A DNA stretch of 64,000 nucleotides from Tubulanus polymorphus (lineage: Eukaryota > Animalia > Nemertea), in contig NW_027437439.1 of assembly GCF_964204645.1 (NCBI RefSeq), positions 62,001 to 126,000 of the forward strand, written 5' to 3'. Positions within the stretch are counted from its first letter, which is position 1. Every line of letters starts with the position of its first letter. Both the position numbers and the translations under genes were made by a program. The notes beneath the pieces were generated by a model, which saw only the letters and a list, made by a program, of their open reading frames with translations, made no database searches and was not told where the DNA came from. Shown piece by piece: positions 45,335 to 59,347 of the stretch.

Positions 45335-46920
45335 ATCACTATGATGATATCAACTTAATTTATATTAGTTGATAATCAATTGCAAATAGTTCTAAGATTC
45401 GTGCTTGATTCCTGTGAAAATTCGAGTGACGATTCAATGATGGAAATGTGATTGCTAAATTGTGTTGGAAATTGATTTTTCTTTCAATTCGATTTTGAAA
45501 GGATTTAAATTACTGCATAGAACTATCATTTTAACGAGGACTGTTAAAGAATATCTGATATTATATCTACTTCATGCATTAGGTAGGATATTGAAGTGCA
45601 CATATGTCCCTTACGTGAGGTTAGGTGAGTAAAAAGGGAGATCTATTAGCTTTTTATCAATTAGGTCTACTAGATCTAAATTCTAATATGCGAAGTTGCC
45701 GAGGAATGCTTTCGACAGTTCACATCTCGTGTATGAATTAGTATAGTTGACTCCCTGTCTCTGGGATCTCACTCGGGCATCCAACCTAAACTTGAACATT
45801 GATTCAATCTTCCAGTCAGAACTGAAATATGAAATTGTTGTTTTTCAGATCAGCCATTCCTCACTGAGGACCTGATTGCTGTCAATACCCGGAAGCTGAG
45901 TAAACCGACGCTGTGAACTCCAGACATTTTTGAGATAATCCATGATGCTGCACACAGAAATTGGTGGTGAGTAGATTTGTAGGTTTTTATTACTGGCTAA
46001 AACAGATTACAATGTGCATGTATCGAGGCAAATTAAAGGTTATTATTGAGATCAATACTTTTTTCAGATATGCTCTACTTCCTCGGGACCTGATTGCTGT
46101 CAATGCGTGCTGGACTTAACCAACAAGACCGGACAGATATTATTCCTGTTGCTTGGGTGTCACATCTCCAAATGAAACGATAACTGATCGAAAAAATTCA
46201 TGAAGTTCCACTCACGAATCGGTAAGAGACATTTTAATTTCAATTCTAAATGTCAAACTTAAGTTGCGTCGGATTCAAGCTGATTCAAGTCTCATTAAAC
46301 TGTGGTTGCTTTTTCAGAGAAGACCTTCCTGTGCAGGATCTGATCGCTGCCAATGCGTGTTGACTAAACCGACAAATACAGTTTCCAGATTCCAGACCTT
46401 CATCACTTCATCATGACCTGATTGCATCAAGTGTGTGCCGACAAAAACAACCTGATCTGATAGAGAACTCATGTGAGCTGAATGATAAATCTCTTCGAGG
46501 AAAAGATAATCGAAAACTGCTCACATAAATCGGTGAGTAGACATTTTAAATTTTTTCACTATAGGAATCTGAGGTTAGGTAAGGTTTAATTTTAATTTTA
46601 ACAGGATATTTCGTGTTCACTCACGCGTGACGAGGGTGGATATACAAACTACCATCGTCACGCATTGAATCATCCAAGAGAATTTCAAATATTGGTTTTC
46701 TAAATGATGCACTTTCACCATTTCTCGGGATCAACCCAAATCGCGACCGGTAGACTCAAACTCTTCCGGCTACGGTCTCCACACGTCACATGAATCTAAT
46801 GTCTAATCACCATGATTTCATTTCAATAAACTGCAGAGTTATATGATATTGAATAACTACTTATGTTTCAAAAATGAGCGCAAATTATCGCAACAATGGG
46901 AACCTCGAGGGACCGCCACT
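45335..46920 (+). repeat. Second copy of the ~1.6-kb modular repeat
   Basis: Colinear similarity to about 39690-41325. Confidence 0.8.
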
Positions 46921-47097
46921 AGATGGCGCCTAGAAACTGGAAACTTCTTTATTATGAATGATACAATGAATCATTGTATTCGTTAAACTTATCAGGTCGT
47001 GACCCCAAACGAACTCAACCAAGTTTTAGGATTTCGAGGTTCAAATCCAATTTATAGATAGGCAAATATTATAAAGTGACTCTTGTCAAACTGTTGT

Positions 47098-50000
47098 TTA
47101 TTTACTAGATGTCGTCAATCCTAGTCGTCGTTTATTGCGTTCACGAATAGATTTCATATCGATATTTAGTATTGTATAAAGAAGCGGATTCAGAGACGAG
47201 TTGATCGGTAAAAATAGAACGGCCAGCCAAGCGGCCACCTGGTTCGGTATCTCGACCGTAAATACGGCGCAAAACTGAACGATTATTATCGGTAGCCAGC
47301 AAAATAGATTACAAAGATTGATTACTAAACTCCTTCGTGCTAAAACCAGTTCGGTAGGATCGGCTCTACCCGAGCCCGACCTACTTCCAGATACGAGTCT
47401 ATACATCTGAGCGTACGTCGTCATTATCGTAGCCAATATGGCCGCATTGAACAAGGCAAAAATAGCGAATGAATAGTGCCAGCCATCGACATCGATCGTC
47501 AGTAAATTCATAGGCAAACAAACTCCGGTTGTACCATAAAAATTGTCTCCGAAGTAAGACGACGATGACAGCGGTAGAATAGAAACTGTGCTTATAACGA
47601 GCCAACAAATGCAGCAAATACCGATAACGTATTTCGGAGTTATAATCGGACTTCGAGAAAACGGGTTGACGATATTTGAATATCTCTGACGCGTTAGAAT
47701 TAAGAGAAAAGTCAAGGAACCTTCGCACGAAACGGTGACAAAAACCCCGGAGAGACGGCATAATGAGCTATCCGTCCAGGTTTCAGAATTCAGATAATAA
47801 ACGCCTTTGAACGCGTAGTCAGCTCCCGCAATCAAAAACAAATAGACCGACATCAGAAAATCACAACCGGCAATATTTATGATGAGGATGTCTGAAGATG
47901 TGTTACGTGTTCCGGAGGATCCCATCCGCAAAGCTTGAACGCGAAATAAGATAACGATACTGTTAGCGAGAAAACTGAAAGATGCGATCATCCAGATGAT
48001 GGCCCTCAGTACAGTGTTACCCATCAGGTCAGAACAGGTGGAAAATTGATCAGCTTCGGGGAGACATCGGTCAACATTCGGTGCCATGCAGCAAAATTTG
48101 TAAGCATCCGAAGCGAGGTATTTCAATGATGTAAGATCGCCAAGAACGTTTCTTTGTACGGATATTACTTCAAAATTGTTGACAAGGTCTAGAATTTCAA
48201 GTCGAGCCAATCCCGAAAAAGCATAGCTAGAAATATAATGGATTCTGTTACTGCTGATATTTAATGTCTGTAATGCGGATAAACCTTTAAATACATTTTC
48301 ACCGAGAACCGATATAGAAAGTCCGTGAAGATCGAGAACAGTAAGTGACGTCAGACCTCGGAAACTACCGTCTTCTAAATGTTGCAGCGGATTTCCGATA
48401 AGAAATAGTTGTTTTAAAGCGATCAAACCTGCGAATGTATTAGCAGATAATGATGTTATGCGGTTGTGAGTCAGGTCTAATGTGTATAGATTATTTAGAT
48501 TAGAAAACGCTTTTGGAACGATGTAAGATAAATTATTGCCTGAAATGTCGAGAAAACGAAGATAAATGAAAGAGTTTAACATCGATTCGTTAAATACGAC
48601 TCGGTTATTCGACAAAATCAAAGCCCGAGTTGATTCTATAAAACGACCAGTAATATCCGATAAAAGAGCATTTTCACAATCGATGAAATGACCCCGGCAA
48701 TTACAACGCTCAGGACACGTGACCTTACAGTATGACTCGTCATCCGAGTTATGTTTACAATTAACGACACCGTCGCAAACTTCAGATTGCGGAATACAAC
48801 GATTTTCCTGACCACATTTAAACATTCCCAGACACGACCAAGTCTCGCAGTTTCGTTCATCTTCTGAATTAGGACAATCGGATCGACCGTCACAAACGTG
48901 TCTGATCGGTATACAGTAAGATGCCGGACATTTTACAGTACCAGCCGCGCATTCGAAGTCATTACACGCGAGTATATGTTCAAGATTTCTACATACCGGG
49001 AAACCAATCGGCATCCTTTCTAAAATACACCTTTCGTGTCGGGAATAACAGCGAGGAGAATTGAACGAACATCTTTGTTCATCCGATTCCTTACACAGAT
49101 CTGTGAAACGAGTCGTACAGTGATTGTCATTATTACAGTAAACCTCGGGATTCACTGTCATATTAGTGACCAATTCGTCTTCTTCGAGACTTCCGCTACA
49201 ATCCACGACACCGTCCCGATACAACTGAGAACTAATACATTCACCGTCCGCGCACGAGAACCCCTGACAAAGTTCGGCAGTGCAGCCGATCTCATCGGAG
49301 CCGTCTTTACAGTTGGCTAGTCCGTCACATCGTTTATAACTATCGATGCATTGGTGATTGGAACCGCGATATTGCGTAGATAAACACGGTGGATGATAGC
49401 ACGAGTTCTCATCCGAGCCATCTACGCAATCTCTCATAAAGTCACAGAAACCGCTAATCGATATAACCTGTCCATCGATACAGCGGAACTGACTGTGCAA
49501 ATTGATATCCGTACAATCGAGTTCATCTTCACCGTGTTGACAGTCGTGTCTGGTATCACATACGCGATGGTCGCTGATACATCTTTGATCGTTACATTCA
49601 AACTGCCACGATTTACAACCGCTTATAGAAGCTGATTCTTCACTAGTTACATTATAGATACACAACACGGAATGTACTTTATCTTTTGTATTATCGAAAG
49701 GTTTTAATAACCATTCAACTGATTGAATATAAGTAATTCCATTTCTGGTCACCATTGGTTTGATAACTTTAAATCCGTCGCGGCCCATTGTCAGTATGGC
49801 GCCATGTTGATGTCGATATTGAAATTCGCTGACCAAATTGTTCAAGTCGCTTTCTGTATTTGAGGTGATTTTTACTATTTCGGCGCGGAAACTGTGACAC
49901 ATTTCTCTAGCACTCCGAATATTCAAACCTCGATTGTTTTTCCAGTCGGTTAGTATTTGATAACATTGTCCCGAAATAGTTACCCAACTTCTTGGACAGG

Positions 50001-53000
50001 TTGAATTAGTTAAAGGTACATCGGGAATCATTTGATCTCTGGTTTTATTTAAGTCTGTACTTGTTGAATTGTTCGCGTCGTTTATCGTTGAATTGTGTTC
50101 GTTTTTGACGTCGATTCTCTCGGATTCACAAATGAATGTCGTGTGCGTCTCCTCGATTTGACACGGGAATCGAACCCAGTTCGCCGATCCTCGTGGATTA
50201 TTCAGTATCATCGCCGTGCACGGCATATTGACGTCATTTATCGGTTGTTTTCTTAGCGGAGATATCAATCCTCGAATAACTTCTGGTATCGTTTCATTAA
50301 TAACAGGTTTATACCACTCTGTGTAGCTCAATGGTTTACCGTCAATCCACGTGTAATAACCATCATTCTGTTTCACGAGGAAAATGAAATATATCGCTTC
50401 TTTAAAAATCTTTCTATTCTAATTCATATTTGTATACATTAGTCTTACCTTCCATTTCAATCCAATCATCATTACGAGCGCTTTTAATGTATATGCGATC
50501 TGGAGGAGTTCTGTTGCGAATAATCTTTTGATCGAAATCATTTCCTGTTCTGAGTTGATACTGAGTAGATGTCCCGCGTACTTCTGTCTACAGTATATTT
50601 CGGCGTTCTCCCAATTCAGACGTTCATCTCTGATGAATTTGATGCAGGAAATTCCCGAATCCAAATATCCTTGTTTACAGTAGAAATCATCGAAATGTTT
50701 AATCGGTAACGACTCGTGTAAAGTGTATTGTATTTGAAATATCGGAATGAAATTGTTCACTTCAAAACGCAGAGTGTTATCTGTTAAACTGTGAAATATA
50801 AGTCCACGAACCGCGTTATGATCACATATTTTAGTTTCATATTGAGAGTCAATAGTTTTGAAATATTCACCATTATGAAAAGGTTTATAATTCATTAGTT
50901 GTATTAGAATAATCGGATCATTCGCTTTATTGTTGTATTTTTCACATGAAACTGGTCCAATAGATTTGACAATAAATCTGTAATATTGAAATATATTTTG
51001 TTGTATCGGGTTTTCAAATCTATATGAAATAGATTTTGATGTACGTCCTGCCCGACCCGGGTAGTTCGGTGACTGCACGAGTCCACATTTATCTTTAGTA
51101 GTAACTGGAAGAAATGAACCGGCAAGTCCCAAACTATCCGCTTTTTTTACACCTAGACATTTACGACGTAGTTCAACTATTAGTGGATACCACCAGAAAA
51201 CGAACCCATCACCTGTGAAATCTACAGTGTTTAATACGAGACTGTTATTAAGAAACTGATTACTCAAACTCAGAGACTGATCACATCGCCATGACATCTT
51301 GAGAAAACATCGGTCAATTTGATATTCGTGTTCTGATAATAAGTGAATATTTCTCGAGCGAAGGCGTCGATTTTCAGGTGTAATCACGAGACAGTGTGAC
51401 GTCATATTGAACTGACGTACTTCTTCCTGTAGAACATAACCATCACAATCAGTAGGAGCAAATTTAAGAAATGAGCTACCAACTGTTAACTGATTGTTAT
51501 AATAAGCGTATGCTACTACAGTAACCGGTCCACCTGATGTAATCAGGCTGACGACAGATCGACCGTAGTATGAACCAGGACAATACGGACCATAGCGTCT
51601 AGCTGTGAAATTACTACCATCAAATATATAAAAACCAGCTCGATCACAGTTTTCTGATAGCACTGTTAGTTTCAACTGTTCTTCATAGATGTTCACTTTC
51701 CAGTTTAGTTGTAATGTAGTTACACGATACAATGTATTCTTTGATCTCGGGAACAAACGATTAGCTAATAATGACGTCATGCTTACATAATTCTGAAATA
51801 TTAGAGGATTGATTACAACATTAAACGTTTACAATACTACAAATTCAAACCTTGTACGAGCTCGATATTTTGATAATGGTTCAAAATGTTGCAATCAAAT
51901 ATTAACTTAAATTCTTCCACAGATCATCATAATTTCTCTGCGTAAACAACGAGTGCGTCCGAATATATTGAAATTTGGGTCGCACATAACGTTGTTATTC
52001 CATGTTTCTTGGTAAAGTTTCACTGGTCATAATCGCCATCAAAATCATAGATAATTACAATGATTCTATTACACGAACCTAATCTACAAATCATTGTTAT
52101 TACATACCGATATCTGTTCCTTGTTGACGTAAACGTCTGATATTGTCATCGACTTCACTTCAAATTCTATTGTCAAATTCGATCTTAAAAAATCCGATGT
52201 CGTTAAAACGCACAGAATCACGAGAAATCCGTCTGATTTTACACTCAGGGATTTAAGATGGTTAAAACTGAGTAAAATATCAGTTCTCACAATACGTAAC
52301 CCTTCCCGTGTATATACACCAACGACACCTGGTGACGAGACGAGATCACGTGTCCAGTTGAAGACGACGTACTGCAGAACATCGACTGTGATAGACCAGC
52401 AGTATAAGTGTTTAGTCTGAGTTACTATATGTGGTATTCCATCAATTGTAGTGAGCAATCCTGATTTATTATAGACTTGAATTAACGGGTTAGAGATGTT
52501 CCAATCTGATATTTTGTAAACTTGCACGAGCAACTGCGACTTAAACGACAGTTTATTTGAAATGAATTCAATACGTGCTTTATTAGTTTTAGTATAAAAC
52601 GATGAAGGTGGATGTCCGGTTTGTTCTCGTATAAGAGCTATAGGTTCACTGGTGCTGTTCCATCCGTCGTAAATTTGAGGACGAGTTTTCATCGGATCCT
52701 CACCTGGATATAATCTGAAATCTATCTGTATAAACGTTAAATTCATTGCAAACCCGTCTGGCATCCCGATCCATTCTAACAACAATTTACATCGCCAGGC
52801 AGAAATCATGAATTCATAACCTGTTTGAGTTAGTAATTCTTTCACTGCATGCTTGTGACATCTATGTAAGATTTTCAAGCGACTCTGTTCTTCAAAACGA
52901 TATATGATATAAACCCGACTACCTCGCGCTCCATCGACGTTACTCCTAAACAACAACGAAATCGAGCCGTTACTGCGGATATCTAGTTGTTTTCTTCCGG

Positions 53001-53334
53001 TAGCGCAGAGTTTGTTGTCGGACTCACCGACGAGAAGGTAGTTTTCGTTACAGAATATCGACGGCTCGATGTCGTAGTAAACTTGAACGAGAAAACTTCC
53101 CGGTAAAGAGCTGTTGACGAACCAATGACATTCGACACCGCGCACTAACGACGGATAGTTCGGTGAAACGATGTAACCAGACGTAGAATCGACGGAGTAT
53201 TGAGTGTTGTTACAAGATGAACTGACTGTAACAGACGCGGCTTCCTCGACAGAGTTTGCGCGATCAGCCCGCGTAAATATACAGTCTCCGCAAGCGATCA
53301 GTAAAACTACGAACAACGCTTTCATTCGCTGCAT
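47098..53334 (-). CDS. GRL101-like LDLa-LRR GPCR with CUB and C-type lectin ectodomain (copy 3). Exons 53334-52108, 51792-50449, 50367-47098; about 1,946 aa
   Basis: Paralog of 32557-38776 with the same phase-0 splice positions. One LDLa Cys-to-Gly change (STQYRGSNHQC). Confidence 0.88.
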
Positions 53335-53984
53335 ATTGAACACAATTCACGCTTCAAAACAAACACATTTCTAACTATTTCCAAGTTTGCGCGACATTTC
53401 TCATAAGAGTCGTTGCAAAGTAATGACAAGTTGTCAGAATGTCAGAAGTTGACGAATTGATCGAGTCCAATTATTTTGTAAAAAGATCTCCCATCAAACT
53501 GGCGCCAGTCTCGTATTTCTGTTACTTTCACCTGCGCTCGGTTTCGCAGTAATTACCGCGGTTTCTAAATTTAGACGTGTTTCAATATATCGTGTTTATA
53601 ATCAAGTGCAATTATTTCTCTAAAAATATTTACTGTCGCTCCCGAACTGCGTTCAGTTTGTGATAATATTCTATGACATTTTCTATCTTTACCTCAAAAT
53701 ATTCTGCGTCTCTGTAAAACACTTCGTCAATATCTGTTTTGACTAAATTCGCTCTACAGTCAATATAATAACTGAGTTAAAGCTAAGTGAAGCGCATGGA
53801 TATCTGATTGTGGTGAGTAAGGTCTTGTTTGGAACAGATTGTTTTGAAGAAACAATAGCAACCAAGTAAGACGGGGATCACAGCGGTAGATCCGGAATCT
53901 ACACCTCGGAATACATCTTCCTACCAAGTTTAGAAGGAATCAGAGAAAAAAATTTTTTCGCCGAAAAAAAACTCCTGGACTTAC

Positions 53985-54420
53985 ACCTTAGATTTTTGCC
54001 GTTTTTAGCCAAAAAATCGAATCTGTTCGATTTGCTTAAAATTTAAGTCCTAAATATTTTCGGGGGTGCTGATTCCAAATCTGCAATCAGATTTTAAATA
54101 TCTCAAAAACCCTGGGGTCCAGGGCCTTTTTAAAATTTAAGGGGTACCCCTAAGAATTCGAATTTCTCATTTTTGAGGCCTCGGATCCTAAGAATTCTTT
54201 CAGATTTGTGATCAGCACCCCAGAATACATGTCTATACTAAATTTCTCCGAAATTGGAGACAAAAAATATTTGACCCCTAACCATCGTTTTGGGGGGTAC
54301 CTTACATTGCCATTTCTCTGATACACCAGTAACTAGACTTAACTCTAACATAACTCAAATTTATTAAGTTTCATGTATATTTTTAGGATGTTTGTCATCA
54401 ATATGGCGGAACTATTGACG
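53985..54420. repeat. Interspersed MITE-like repeat (second copy at about 58010-58455)
   Basis: ccttagatttttgccgttttt...gctgattccaaatctgcaatcag...atcagcaccccagaatacatg...ggggtacctta is present twice, with internal inverted motifs. Confidence 0.75.
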
Positions 54421-54823
54421 GTTGTTATGGTGGTGACGATTCCCCCTTTACCTACAATCAGTAGAGAATTGATTTGAACATTATACAGACATTGATGCAG
54501 TGGAGCAGATGGACCAAGATGAACCAGGACGAACCCCAATAAACCAGGATGAACCAGGACGAACCCAGATAAACCAAGATGAACCAAGTAGAGTTGTGAC
54601 TTGGAAGAAATGCTAGAAATTGATGTCTCATTTTAATAGTTATCAATAGGTACGTAGGCAATCGAGGCTGGAGACATGCTAGTACAAAGGGAATCGGATT
54701 TCTATTCTTAAGCCTAGTTACTGTGTGAAACTCCCTGGCCCTGCTCCCTCTCTCTATCAATCCCTAGCCTAGCATCTAGAATGATGTTACATTGTTTACA
54801 ATGTTATTACATGTATATTGTAG

Positions 54824-55469
54824 ATAACAATGATCTGTACGTGTGGGGTAGAAATAAACATGGCTCCTTATGTTTAGGAAACATGGACGATCAATTCTTT
54901 CCGTTTAAGGTAAGTCTCAATTTCTCTAGATTTAAAACACTCCTAAAGCACCACTCACTCAAAATGTTTGGTTTATTTCTACTAGACGGTGCAAAGAGTT
55001 GTCGGCTTTTAACTCAAAAACAGTAAACCTTGTCTTACTGAAATGGAGACTTGCAAAATTTATACTGAAATGGAGACTTGCAAAATTTATACTTGCTAAG
55101 CAAAAATCTGAGTTGAGGATCAGAAAATTCCATTAGAAAGTCAGAAAATTTCATTTCCGTCTGAATTCGACAAAAGTCCAGGAGTTTTTAGACATTTCCG
55201 AATTAGATTGCTAGGTTTTAATTCTCGACCACAGAACTTGAATCATCAGTCAATGGGATATCACTGGTATCACATTGATTCAAGTTAGGAACAGACTCTA
55301 CTGTATTGTAATAACATAGCGCACCAGAAACAACATGTGTGATACTGATGCATCATAAATCTGATATCTGATATTGTAAATATGATTTCAGGTTTCGATT
55401 CCTGGGTTAGTTCAGTCAGTTCATTGCGGAGTTGATCACATGTTCGCTTTATGCAAGACTTTTATTTGA
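54824..55469 (+). CDS. RCC1L: Last two coding exons (54824-54909, 55392-55469) of RCC1-like mitochondrial protein (WBSCR16)
   Basis: Spliced translation NNDLYVWGRNKHGSLCLGNMDDQFFPFK|VSIPGLVQSVHCGVDHMFALCKTFI* matches the RCC1L C-terminus as recalled (WG.N..G.LG.G...DQ.FP..V...G....V.CGVDHM..L.K.FI). Canonical AG/GT sites; AATAAA at about 55499. Confidence 0.85.
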
Positions 55470-57509
55470 TATTTAACTCTGATGCACATTTTTCACTGAA
55501 ATAAATAAATTTCACAATGAATTGATTATTCACTAATTTTGTGGTGGTTGTAACTGATTTTCTGTTCTAGTTTAAGTGGAATCTCGTTGATATGAATCTT
55601 GTGGGATGCAATTGTTGAATCAAACTGGTTTCGTCTTTACACAGATTTGTCGTATTAACGATGTTCAACTGAAGTTTTTCCAGTTGTTTGCACCAATTTG
55701 TGGTTGGGAGAGTTTGATTTTAACCCTGACCAAGAAGGGTCGACCTTAATAGGAGGTTTAATGGTTCACGTGCTGCAACTTTGATGATAGCGTTGGATGA
55801 ATGCACTTTTTTGGAGAATAAAATTTAATTTGCTTTAGATTCTGTCTGTGGCATGTGAGTCTACCTCTTTACCGCTTTATGCAATTAGATTCCGTTTACA
55901 GAAGAGTTCTATCAAAAATGGCTTGAAAATCGTTTTAAAAAGAAGATCCCCTTTCAAAAAGCTTAAAAATTAATTGAATTATTCATAGAAAACGGAATCG
56001 TGGTGAATAATGAACGAAATTCGGCTAAAAAATATCTGTATTACTTGCATGCCACAGTAAGATTGCGAGGCTGGGTTAGATATCAACCGTACAGTGCTGC
56101 CCCTATGAATAACGACAGCGGAATTTCTGTGAACTAAAATAGCGCCGCCGGAATATGAATTTCCCAATTACGTACAATACGGACCAGTGTGGCGCCTAAT
56201 TCTGATTAAATATGATACTATGAATACTTTAACTTTTTAATGAAATTTTCTTATTTTTTAGGGAACGATATTCAATTTTGATAGCTAAAATTCACTTTCT
56301 TATCAATTAATTAGTATTTATATTCAGAATAAGTTATTCAGTTATATTTTTGAATGATAATTTATCATCTGAATTGACAAAATTTCCATATTTTTTCTTC
56401 GATATATTTTAATTGCGCGCAAATAATCAGGGAACATTCAAACACCTGTCGCTCTCTGCCAGACGATACTAAAAATATCCCGATTCAAATTTACTCTTTT
56501 AAGGTTAATTCTCTTATAGAATAATTGTTTGGTTCAAACGTTTTAGAGCAGTTGTAAGATTTGGAGAATTCCCTCCGAATCCGGCCCGCAAATCGGTAAT
56601 TAGTTCGTCCACTACGGCCGTCCGAAGACTCTGGCAAGCGAGTATTAAGTTAGTTCACGTTTTCCCCGCTATCGTTATATGTAGGGGCAGCACTAGACGG
56701 TCGATATGGAAATCGTGCACTGTGGAGCGCGCTCAATTCAATCTCTAATTCTTTATTTACAATGAAACTAAGTCTCTCAATTGATAAAGACTTTAAAGCC
56801 ACAATGATTCCCAACGTACGAACTTTGATATTGGTTTAAAAGATAAGAATTCATGAGATATCGTGCCCTCACAGACACAGGGACTTTACAGACACGTCCA
56901 TCCACCACACAGGGACCTGGAGTCAAGTGTTTAACGCCAACGGTAACCTTGCTGTGGCCGTGGTCACTTTCACTTGGCCGTTTAAAGTAAGACATACGTA
57001 AGAATAAGAATTCACAAGATTTCATGTCCTCAGGGGCACACAGGGGGACCTCACAGACACAGGGACCTCGGCACTCAGTGTCAATAACCACTTTCACTAG
57101 CCAGGCGGCGCCGCATGCACGACATGGTGCAGGTGATAGTTTCACAAATCTTGATGAGCTGTTGTTACAATTCCTGTTAATTCCTCCTCTTTTCCACATG
57201 TTCAGCAGGTTACCATCACCAGCTGACTCAACCAGTTTCACCATCTTACTCCCACAGTGGCCGAGTATATCAGTTACGTAAAAACAATCTGTTAATCCAG
57301 TAAAGTTGTGAAAACTTTTGCATAAGCCTTTACTAGTATGTCTGAGAGTTTGAGTTTGAGTTTGTTAATGTGTTTCTCTAGAGACTGTTTCAATTTCATA
57401 TTTCAGGTTTTCCTCTCTGGACTGTCGTTGGTAAACTTCATCACAAATACTGGATGTGGACTTCGTCTGAAATTCTTCAGTTTTACTTCTTCAGTCAACT
57501 TCTTCCGGA

Positions 57510-57805
57510 CTAGTGAACTTACCGGACTACTAGTGAACTAACCGGACTATACGTGAACTTACCGGACTACATGTGAACTATATGTGCACTAACTGGACTA
57601 CTTGTGAACTAACTGGACTACATGTGAACTTACCGGACTACATGTGAACTATATGTGCACTAACCGGACTACTAGTGAACTAACTGGACTACATGTGAAC
57701 TTACCGAACTACATGTGAACTATATGTGCACTAACCGGACTACTAGTGAACTAACTGGACTTCATGTGAACTTACCGAACTAAATGTGAACTAACTGGAC
57801 TAAAA
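57510..57805. repeat. Degenerate tandem array of ~10/20-bp units (accggactacatgtgaact)
   Basis: More than a dozen reiterations with higher-order structure. Confidence 0.85.
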
Positions 57806-58009
57806 GTGGATTGATACTCAGTATCAAAAAATAATCTGTGGTTGACTCCTGAAGGTGTGGAACTCTGTATGTGGAATTGTGGAACTCAGTGGACTATTAT
57901 TACTGCTAGACAAGGGAGGAGAGACTTGTGTGAGTAGAATTTCTTTTATGTTTCAAAAACAATTATGAGAGAGCAGTTTATCTGTAAACATAGTGTTTAC
58001 TGAGTGTCA

Positions 58010-58455
58010 TCCTTAGATTTTTGCCGTTTTTGGCCAAAAAATCGAATCTCTTCGATTTGCTTAAAATTTTAGTCCTTACTATTTTCAGGGGCGCTGATTC
58101 CAAATCTGCAATCAGATTTTGAATATCTCGAAAATTCTGGGGTCCAAGGCCTTTTGACAATTTAGGGGTCCCCCAAAAATTAGAATTTCTCATTTTTGGG
58201 GCCTCGGATCCGAAAAATTCTTTCAGATTTGTAATCAGCACCCCAGAATACATGTATATACTGAATTTCATTGAAATCGGAGACAAAAAATATTTGACCC
58301 CTGACCCTCATTTTGGGGGTACCTTAGATTGCCATTTCTCTGATACACCGGTAACTAGACTTAACTCTAACTCTGTATGTTTGATTGATGGCCTTAAATC
58401 TATTAAGTTTCATGTATATTTTTAGGATGTTTGTCATCAATATGGTGGAACTATG
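58010..58455. repeat. Interspersed MITE-like repeat (copy of 53985-54420)
   Basis: Colinear similarity. Confidence 0.75.
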
Positions 58456-58964
58456 ATCAGGACTACATCAGATGGTGTGGGCAGTGTTCAAACTCAGCGA
58501 CAGGATAAACAAACAAACGAACTCATATTGGGAGAACTTGACTTCAGTTATAGTGAACTTTATGTCCACGAGGACAAAATAATAACATTACTGCTGATGG
58601 GATAAATATCTGTTTGAACTAGTAACTTTTAGATAGAAAACAAGAGGAACATAGAAGAAGTTCAGGTGATATGCCATCCTATCCTCTCTATCTCTTTCTA
58701 TCCTCTCTCATTCTCACTCTCTCCTCACTCTGTTTCACTCTCATCTCTCCTCACTCTGTTTCACTCTGTTTCACTCTGTTTCACTCTCATCTCTTACTCT
58801 GTCTCTGCCCACTCTTGTCTGTCTCCGCCCACTCTTGTCTCATTCTCTATTATTACCATCTACCGGGTTGAAATGGGAACTAGTTCCTGCCTCGCCCGGT
58901 AGATGGCATTATTTTTTTGATAAAATTTGCTTAAGCAATGAGTTCCTCTGTGTGCTGCCGGTAC

Positions 58965-59035
58965 GTCCCTATAGCGTAGTGGGTAGGGTGCTGGACTGCT
59001 AGTCCAATGGTTGGTGGTTCAAATCCCATTTTAGT
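58965..59035 (+). other. tRNA-derived SINE head or tRNA pseudogene
   Basis: A box tagcgtagtgg, anticodon-like stem tggac-tgcta-gtcca, B box ggttcaaatcc. The acceptor stem does not close. Confidence 0.55.
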
Positions 59036-59347
59036 TGATATTAAATATTGATGTTTCAATAAAATGTTGAATTTTACTTTTGCAAACAAGCTGTAAGAAA
59101 TTCCTACTTTGAATTTGGAATAAATTCTTTGATTTGTACTTTGCGTTTGTCCTTTCCTATTTGACTTTGTCCTTTCCTTGATTGTGTGAGAAGTTGTAAG
59201 CGGAAGAGTTCTTTCCGGAGCAGTGTCGAGTATGAAGTTGTGAGGGGAAGAGTCCTTTCCGAGATTTTTAGTAAGACGAGCATTTTATGTAGATGGACGT
59301 TTATTTATTTACGTTACTTTATAACATGCGGCAAAACGAAATAATGA

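Noticed and set aside
56777-57541. Protein-coding gene (155-aa minus-strand ORF and neighbours)
   Set aside because: No recognisable motifs, and adjacent to a tandem array. Possibly a decayed mobile element but unsupported.
58965-59035. Functional tRNA-Ser(GCT)
   Set aside because: No paired acceptor stem and no long variable arm; better explained as a SINE head or pseudogene.
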